Assembly (NCBI GenBank): GCA_024704765.1
Contig: JAKMXF010000111.1
Location: 946,619 to 1,010,618, forward strand
Source of the DNA: Oopsacas minuta
Taxonomy: Eukaryota; Animalia; Porifera
Length of the DNA stretch: 64,000 nucleotides
Reading direction: 5' to 3'
Shown here: piece after piece, positions 57,144 to 64,000 of the stretch
Layout: the number at the start of each line of letters is the position of its first letter
Numbering within the stretch: the stretch's first letter is position 1
Translations under genes and position numbers: made by a program
Notes under the pieces: generated by a model
Databases searched by the model: none
What the model was told of the DNA's origin: nothing
Seen by the model: only the letters and a program-made list of their open reading frames with translations

Positions 57144-58214
57144 TTACAATTTTCCAAGATTTACAATAACAGGCATATCTTCTTCTGTAACTTCAAAATT
57201 CCATTTGAACTTATGAATTAACATAGATTTAAACCTGTCAGCTCTATCCTTCAACTCACTGCAAACGGAGGATTCCTTCAAGTTCAAGAATAAGTTATTC
57301 AATACAGGAACCAGGAATATGTTCTGTTCGGTAATAACTTTCGAGCTTTGATCGTTTGTAAGCAAAAACTCAACAGGAATAGTATTGAGTTGGAAGTGCA
57401 GAATAGTTATGAAGTGAGAGTAGAGCTGAGAACTAGTAACAAGTGCTTGATCACATGAACAGAGCAATTCTACTAACCGACGCCATTGCTCAAACCCCTC
57501 ATATATATGTCCGTATACAAATAATAGAAAAGAGCATTGTATTTCTCCAAACAAACTAGTACAGTTATCTTGATAATTATTTTTCAAACAGTCTAGTAAG
57601 ATATGAGATCGATCAATATGAGCTCTTGTTATGTCAATAGGTGATGCCCCCTTAGATATAGAGGGTAGAGGAATGTGAGAGAACTTAATACAACCTTCCT
57701 TGGTCTCCCCTTTACTAAATTCAGCAATGTCGAAAGCAGATATTGCACCATTAATGCCAATTTTTGCTAGTGATAGATCAGTAACGTGGTTAGTTAGAGA
57801 TACCCAAGTCTTTAAATTATCATAAGGGTAGGGAGCTAAACAAGGCTCGTATAAACGTAGATCGGTTCTAATTGGATTTAAGTCAATTTCACTGAATTCT
57901 TTTGATGAGAAAATTTCAGCTTTAATGTCCCATTCCTTAACGAGTAATTCTTTAGGTTTAAATACATGAAAGAATCCTATAACAGGACCCGTACAGCCTT
58001 CTCTCCCGATAGATTGACAGAAAATAAAATGAACACCTGATGGAATCATTTTCACGCCTTTAAATTTATCACCTATTTCCCAAGAATTGGTATCAATCCC
58101 GAAAATACTTTTTGGTGGTAGATTTAATAATAGAAAGGTAGCTCCTTGTTCATAGAGATGACGAGCCTGTGCTTGAGACAATTTATCTAAGAAGCTGTAA
58201 CCTCCTAATGCCAT
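57144..58214 (-). CDS. AAR2: U5 snRNP assembly factor AAR2, intronless
   Basis: FGIDTNSWEIGDKFKGVKMIPSGVHFIF, LAPYPYD..WVSLTNH and LFGEIQCSFLLF..FEQWRRLVELLC. Confidence 0.93.
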   Translation of the reverse strand: MALGGYSFLDKLSQAQARHLYEQGATFLLLNLPPKSIFGIDTNSWEIGDKFKGVKMIPSGVHFIFCQSIGREGCTGPVIGFFHVFKPKELLVKEWDIKAEIFSSKEFSEIDLNPIRTDLRLYEPCLAPYPYDNLKTWVSLTNHVTDLSLAKIGINGAISAFDIAEFSKGETKEGCIKFSHIPLPSISKGASPIDITRAHIDRSHILLDCLKNNYQDNCTSLFGEIQCSFLLFVYGHIYEGFEQWRRLVELLCSCDQALVTSSQLYSHFITILHFQLNTIPVEFLLTNDQSSKVITEQNIFLVPVLNNLFLNLKESSVCSELKDRADRFKSMLIHKFKWNFEVTEEDMPVIVNLGKL

Positions 58215-58467
58215 CTAATAATAATTAACATCTCATCAAGATACAATAAGACAGATTAATGGATATGGATGATATTTATCGTAAGTTCCATATTTGAAAG
58301 TTATTAAACTTGACAGGACCATAATTATATTAAATAGAATGTAATATTGTAGGATGATAAATTGATTGCGGAATCGGCACCTTGAGATCACAGCTGCACA
58401 GAATAAGAAAAAGGATATAAATTCATATTTGGGAACAGTAGACAATGCAAAAAATTCAGAATAGAGA

Positions 58468-59553
58468 ATGAGCCGATGGTGTAAAGTATCTCGTCTCAAA
58501 ATAATGACAGGCATATTATCAATAATATTATTTTTGAGTATAACATACTTCTCCAACGTGTTTTTTGAGTTAATAAATGAAGAACCGTGGGAGAGACACG
58601 CTAGAGACATGCAATGGATTAGAAATACTAAAACCAGACTATATGAAGACAAAGCGAAAGATGGATCATACAGCTATGAAAGTTTAATCATCAACTTCAA
58701 ATTTGCTAATAACTACCTATCAAAAAGGTGTGAATCGTGGAAACAACAAACAAACAAACTCATAGAAAATATACAACAATCAATCGCAGATGTTCCAAAG
58801 TACTACTTAACTGCCGTAATATTCGTTAGAATCTATGAACATGATAAATCCAACATAACAGCAAGAGACCTATTACAGTGGATAAGATACTACCTATACA
58901 TTGGAGTAGAGCATTTCTACATATATGATAATTATGTGGTAGAGGAAGAGTGTCAGAGAGATTATTTATACGAGTATATACAAGCTGGGTTTGTTTCATA
59001 CTTTGATTGGCATGATAGAAATCCTTATACGATGGAAATACAGAGAGCAGCTTATCAAGAAGTAATAAATAAATTCAAACATGATACCGTATGGCAGATG
59101 GCATTGGACGTAGATGAATATCCATATTCCCCAATTGATAAAGATCCAGGTTTTCTAACAAGATTTATATCTAAATTCGAGCAACTTAATCCAGGAATAA
59201 CCGAAATAACACTGAGTAATTATCTTGTATTAGGAGAGCCTGATATCGAGAAAGACTGGTTTATAGAACGAATTTTCAGGGAAACAAAGAAAGAAGCCAA
59301 CAACCTAGTTAAACCAATATATAGACCTAAATATGTGAGAGCACGATTACATCGCAATATTGTATTATCAGGTTATTCAGTAAAGGCAAATGAAGATGAA
59401 ATACGTTTTAAACACTACTGGAGTGCAAGATTACAAAACTGGGGACCTGATACAGAAGAAGTGCTGGAGTTGACAACTCCAGAATATGGTATTATAGACA
59501 TAAGCTATACCCTCAAGAATTGTATTGTGGAAACTTTGCCAAATCCATTTTGA
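58468..59553 (+). CDS. Type II membrane glycosyltransferase, GT92/DUF23-like, intronless
   Basis: N-terminal TM anchor; LLQWIRYYLYIGVEHFYIYDN, YQEVI..FK and a DVDEY (DxD) motif. Confidence 0.75.
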   Translation: MSRWCKVSRLKIMTGILSIILFLSITYFSNVFFELINEEPWERHARDMQWIRNTKTRLYEDKAKDGSYSYESLIINFKFANNYLSKRCESWKQQTNKLIENIQQSIADVPKYYLTAVIFVRIYEHDKSNITARDLLQWIRYYLYIGVEHFYIYDNYVVEEECQRDYLYEYIQAGFVSYFDWHDRNPYTMEIQRAAYQEVINKFKHDTVWQMALDVDEYPYSPIDKDPGFLTRFISKFEQLNPGITEITLSNYLVLGEPDIEKDWFIERIFRETKKEANNLVKPIYRPKYVRARLHRNIVLSGYSVKANEDEIRFKHYWSARLQNWGPDTEEVLELTTPEYGIIDISYTLKNCIVETLPNPF

Positions 59554-59677
59554 AGATTTCTATGTGTAAACAGCTGATGAGCTCATGAAAATGTTTGTAA
59601 TTATTTAGTTGTAAATAAAGCTAATAATAATCTGAATTATCTAATGCAAGGCAAAATCTCAATCAACTAAATATTCG

Positions 59678-62600
59678 TCACAATGCATTTCCAGTTCCTA
59701 TTATACTAATATTGACTTTCTTTCCAGGCATAAGGTAGCTTACATCTGTATCCTACATAAGTAACGAGCATAAATTCCTAGAAGTTTTCAATTATATTTT
59801 CATAAGCATACCCTGAGGCATTTAATATGTTCTTTTTCTGTTTGTGTAACATTACTGGAGCTAGCAAATGCAGTAAAAGCTGCTTGTAATGCTAGAGAAT
59901 ATAACAAATACAGATTAGTTAATCTTTGTAAATATTCTACAATTAAACAATACCTTTTCCTTTCTTTCCAGATCCAGGAGTAAGTTTAGCTTTATATCTA
60001 TAAGCAAATATTTAAGTATAATTCCGTAATTTAATAGTATAATACTAACTTTGAGTTGACTAGGGTAGCATAAGGAGCACACGTTACAACTGCGTATAGA
60101 ATAATGTCATCTTCTAATGGCTGTGCAGTAAGAGTGTTCAAATAAGCAAACTCCTACAAACACAAGATTATGTATATCAGCTGGAATCAGAAAGCAGAAA
60201 TTCAAGTCAGACTCACGTCAATCGCAGTAATATCTTCATCATCGTTATCAGGTTTATCAGCTAACTGATTATCTATTGAGATAAACATAGAATAGTACAT
60301 TATTGGCTCTAACATAAAGAATACCTTGTGGAACTGTAGAGGGATTCTGATCTCTGTTTAGAACATTCATCTGTTTAATTAGCCTAGCAGTTTCCTGGTC
60401 TTGGATTAATTCTGAAGGAGTTTTAGGTTTAGGAACTACAATATTATCATCACTTCCTGAGTCTAAAGCTTCTGTAACTTCTGAGAGTGGGATAACATTG
60501 TGTTGGAGGTTGTTTTGAAAATGAGCTTGTCTACTTGAAGAGGCACACCCTCGTTTCTTTTTCTTTCCTCTTGGCTTAGCGTCACCTGTAGACTATAATA
60601 AGTAGGTATAATGTATATCTCAAATAAAAACGATAAAATACTTACGGTCAGCAGCTGAATTGCTTCTACTCTCTCTTCTTCATCCTGATCAGCATATTTC
60701 TTTGTTTTCTTCAGTTTACGCTACGAATATATAATAGAAATAAATCACACAAATTTCCAATAAACTTAGATAATACTTACTCGTTGAGCTCTGGTCATTT
60801 GTGGTTGCCCCTTAGTTAACGTTGTACTTGCTAAAGAGCCATCTTCACTCTCAACTGAAATACTTGATACAGGATCGGTATTAAACTTCACTGATTTATC
60901 AGAAGAATCTGGAATATCCTACGGGATAATTAATAAAGGTTTTAATATACCCTCACGATTTGCATACAGTATACCCCATAGCTTTACCTCTATTATATTA
61001 GTTTTCTTCTGAACTATCCCACTGATAGAGGTAGAAACGTCTAACATAGTATCAGGAAAGTCATACTCATTAATCTCAACTATTTTAGAAGAGATAGGGG
61101 CTGCTTCTTCAGGTTGTATATCTTCTTCTGAACTACTAAGAGCATCTTCAAATTGATTTAATGGAAACTCTTTTTCTTCCTAATTAATGGAATAAATAAG
61201 TATAAGGCATTACTAGATCGAATTTAGTAATTCTATAACTCACAGTTGGAGTTTCTGGTACAATATCAGCAATCTCTCCTAACTTAGGTTGTCGTTCATG
61301 TAGATGATTATCAACACAAGAATCATCAATCTATAAAACAAATAATCACTAAATATATCAAAAGTCTATGTGTTATAATTATCAAATATGAGTGGATAAT
61401 ATGATAGTTGTATTACCTTAAAAAGTATACCAATACCAAATACGAGATATGAGTGAGGGAGGTAGTTCTTCTTTCCTATAAACATAACAAACTGATGGTA
61501 ACTGATAATATAATATAATTGAGCTTTTGGATACTAACCTCTGATCATGAAGCTACCAGTTTGTATGTATTGTCCTGATGGAGTAGTTTTAGAGACTTGA
61601 TCTGGATTTACCCAATAAGCACTTGTGATGATCTTTTCATCCCAAGCAGCGCTATGACATATAACAAATGTACCAGCTTCATGGAGTGTTCTCGGGGGAA
61701 TAGGAGAGCCTATATTAGTAATATCAAGATCTGTAGCATGTAGTCAACTAATAATAATGTAATTGGTTGAGACTACATACAATTTCTAGGGGCACTGCAA
61801 TGAGCAATAAATTCCAACGATAGTATAGTGGAACCTGCATAATTCGACAATTTGCTAAACCGACACAATTTTCATATCCCAACGAGTGTTGGTTTATGCA
61901 GGTTCCACTGTAGCTCTGAAAATTTTTCTTTAATACCAATAGAATATTCCTGGATGAAATTAATCTAATCCAAATACCTGATGGATTCTTAACTACAACG
62001 CTAGAAGATCCGTGTACATCAGCATGAATATAAACATCTCCTCCCACTAAATGTTTCTTAACAATAATCTCATTTTGTTGACGATCTCTCCCTCCAATCA
62101 CAAGATAATTATCAGAAGAAATAAACCAGTAGAACTTCTCAAACCAATAAGTTTTACGAACTTTCTTAATCAGAGCAATAGTCTGTACTTGTTTAAGAGC
62201 TATTTTAGTTTTCCTCTCTGCTGACTTTAGAGCTACTCCAGAAGCAGCAGTAGTCTTTTGTTGCTTTGCAAAGGCTTGTTTCTTCTGTTTATAGTATCTA
62301 TCATATAACAGAATAAGTATTCTAGTCTACTCAATCAGGGTATGCTGAATAGTGTCAGAAACCTGGAAATATTAGCATAAGCTGTAAGTGTAACATCTAT
62401 ATCAACTAGCATGCCATTTTCTCTACCAGAGGACTGTCTTGATTTAGGGAAGGGAGTAGCACCTAATTCCTCTTCATCGGATTCGGATGATGATTGACTA
62501 GATTCGCTCTCTTCAGGGAAACTATACGTAAATAAAGTGACAAATAATCTACAGTCAATTCCCAATGTATCTAACACGGATATATAGAAGTCATAAATTG

Positions 62601-64000
62601 AAGTAATTTTCGCGATTCCTTGAGCTTCATGACAAGTTGACAACTCAATACTTACGTTAAGTATATGAATACATGGTTATGGTGTAGATCAAGCTTCCTG
62701 ATAACTTTAGCTGGATCACTGATAGCTGGATCAGTGTCTGTATTCTCCTGAGCATCTCTTATCATCTTCTCAATAGCACTCCAATCCATTGAGTCACTGA
62801 GAGAGTCCCGTATCAGCTCAATCACCTTATCAACTAATTCAAGGTTCTTTTGTATCAGAGTAGCTTTGATCAAATTGGATTCCTGAGAAATAACATTAAG
62901 CTAAAGCTCACCATACATAAACAATTAGTTACAAACCTGTATATTCTCCAATTCCCCTATCCTCTTATCATGATCTTTTCGAATGTTAGTTAACTTCTTG
63001 AATGCAGCTTTTTCATGAGTAAATGTCTTGCTACAGATCTTACTCTCTTCCAGCCGTGAAAAGAAACAGTCAACAGCTCTATTGAATGTGTCATAAGTAT
63101 CAACCAGTGATGATTCATACTGTAAGAATAGGAAAGGTTGGAAAGTATCCATTCTACAAAAGTTAAGACTAAATATAGCCATATTAGCTGTTCAAGTGTA
63201 TTTTCTGGGCAAACATTATGTACACATGTGACGTAAGTAAAAGTAAATAATCTCACATTTCAACGTCCTTCTGTTCTTCACCCAGCAGTCTTTCTGTAGC
63301 AGAATCAAATGTCTTAGTTTTCTTAAACACATAACCCTAAACGCAGTAGAATAATATAAACGATACTGATGGAGTATTATCACATAAAGTATACCTTAGC
63401 TTTCTCTGAGTCTTTCATCATAGCTTCTCCAACTAGCAACGCCTCGAATAACATCGCAACATCTGTATATTTATAAAATGAGCATACATAATAATTAATA
63501 CACTGATGAAGTTATAATTACCTGTTTCAGGGTTAAAACCGTTACCAAGTTTACATTTGATATTCATTCCTCTTTGCAGCAAGCAATGTTCTATCAAATA
63601 TCCACCAAAACCTTACAACAAACATATTTATCACATAAATGCTCTAACTTTATTAAAAACAAACCCACTCAGATGATGGTTCAAACTTTTCTTGATATCA
63701 GCTCCTGGTTTGAGTTCACTTACAAATGTCTGTATTCTATAAAATAGGATATTATTGGGAATTTTTTACAAAACTCATCACAAGACACCAAATATTGTGA
63801 TTAAATCTCACCTCTCCAATGTAAGTGGTTTATCAGGGGGTGTAATCTTGTCTACAGGGTACATCTCTCTCACAGCAAACCTAGTCTCTTCTCCATCCTT
63901 CCTTGTACGTAACAGACTCAGTATTATATACTGACCATCTGTTAATATTACATTACCCTAGCATACTAGGCTGTAAAATAATATATAGATTATCATGTAT
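59678..64000 (-). CDS. NEMF: Ribosome quality control factor NEMF (Rqc2), 5' end beyond the window
   Basis: [85 protein letters not shown]; the last exon ends in TGA at 59678. Confidence 0.95.
61824..61912. mobile_element. Short Tc1/mariner-type MITE in a NEMF intron
   Basis: TATAGTGGAACCTGCATAA ... TTATGCAGGTTCCACTGTA; same family as 4410-4560. Confidence 0.75.

Noticed and set aside
58468-59553. Horizontal transfer of the intronless GT92-like gene
   Set aside because: Many native genes here are intronless, the protein has a eukaryotic type II membrane topology, and its composition looks like the neighbours; it cannot be supported without a phylogeny.

Overview
This is a eukaryotic, AT-rich, very compact animal genomic window with short GT-AG introns (mostly about 50-70 nt) and intergenic gaps of roughly 130-800 bp. 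The gene content and compaction resemble a sponge, possibly a glass sponge; that is an inference and was not verified. I annotate about 22 protein-coding genes, several reconstructed exon by exon: three ependymin-related genes flanking PEX3, MCFD2, PITPNM/rdgB, a RING-less NHL protein, THOC3, GTPBP4/NOG1, fused EPRS, a four-SH2 protein, RNF14, GOLGA1, CEBPZ, IMPA1, WDR20, TOGARAM1, an NRF-6-type acyltransferase, RPS15A, a small membrane ORF, AAR2, a GT92-like glycosyltransferase and NEMF (partial). Most interesting observations: (1) 13 consecutive genes lie on the minus strand over about 41 kb with tiny gaps, and nearly every start codon in the window has a 3'-splice-acceptor-like site just upstream, suggesting operon-like transcription with spliced-leader trans-splicing; (2) a 1.5-kb near-perfect palindromic Mutator-like element with a 9-bp target site duplication sits inside that run; (3) the EPRS fusion appears to lack WHEP domains; (4) a protein with four RIN-type SH2 repeats has its fourth repeat hidden by a 1-nt frameshift; (5) there are two nested genes, a CYP fragment in a CEBPZ intron and a same-strand NRF-6 gene in a TOGARAM1 intron. 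I saw no rRNA, tRNA or CRISPR features.
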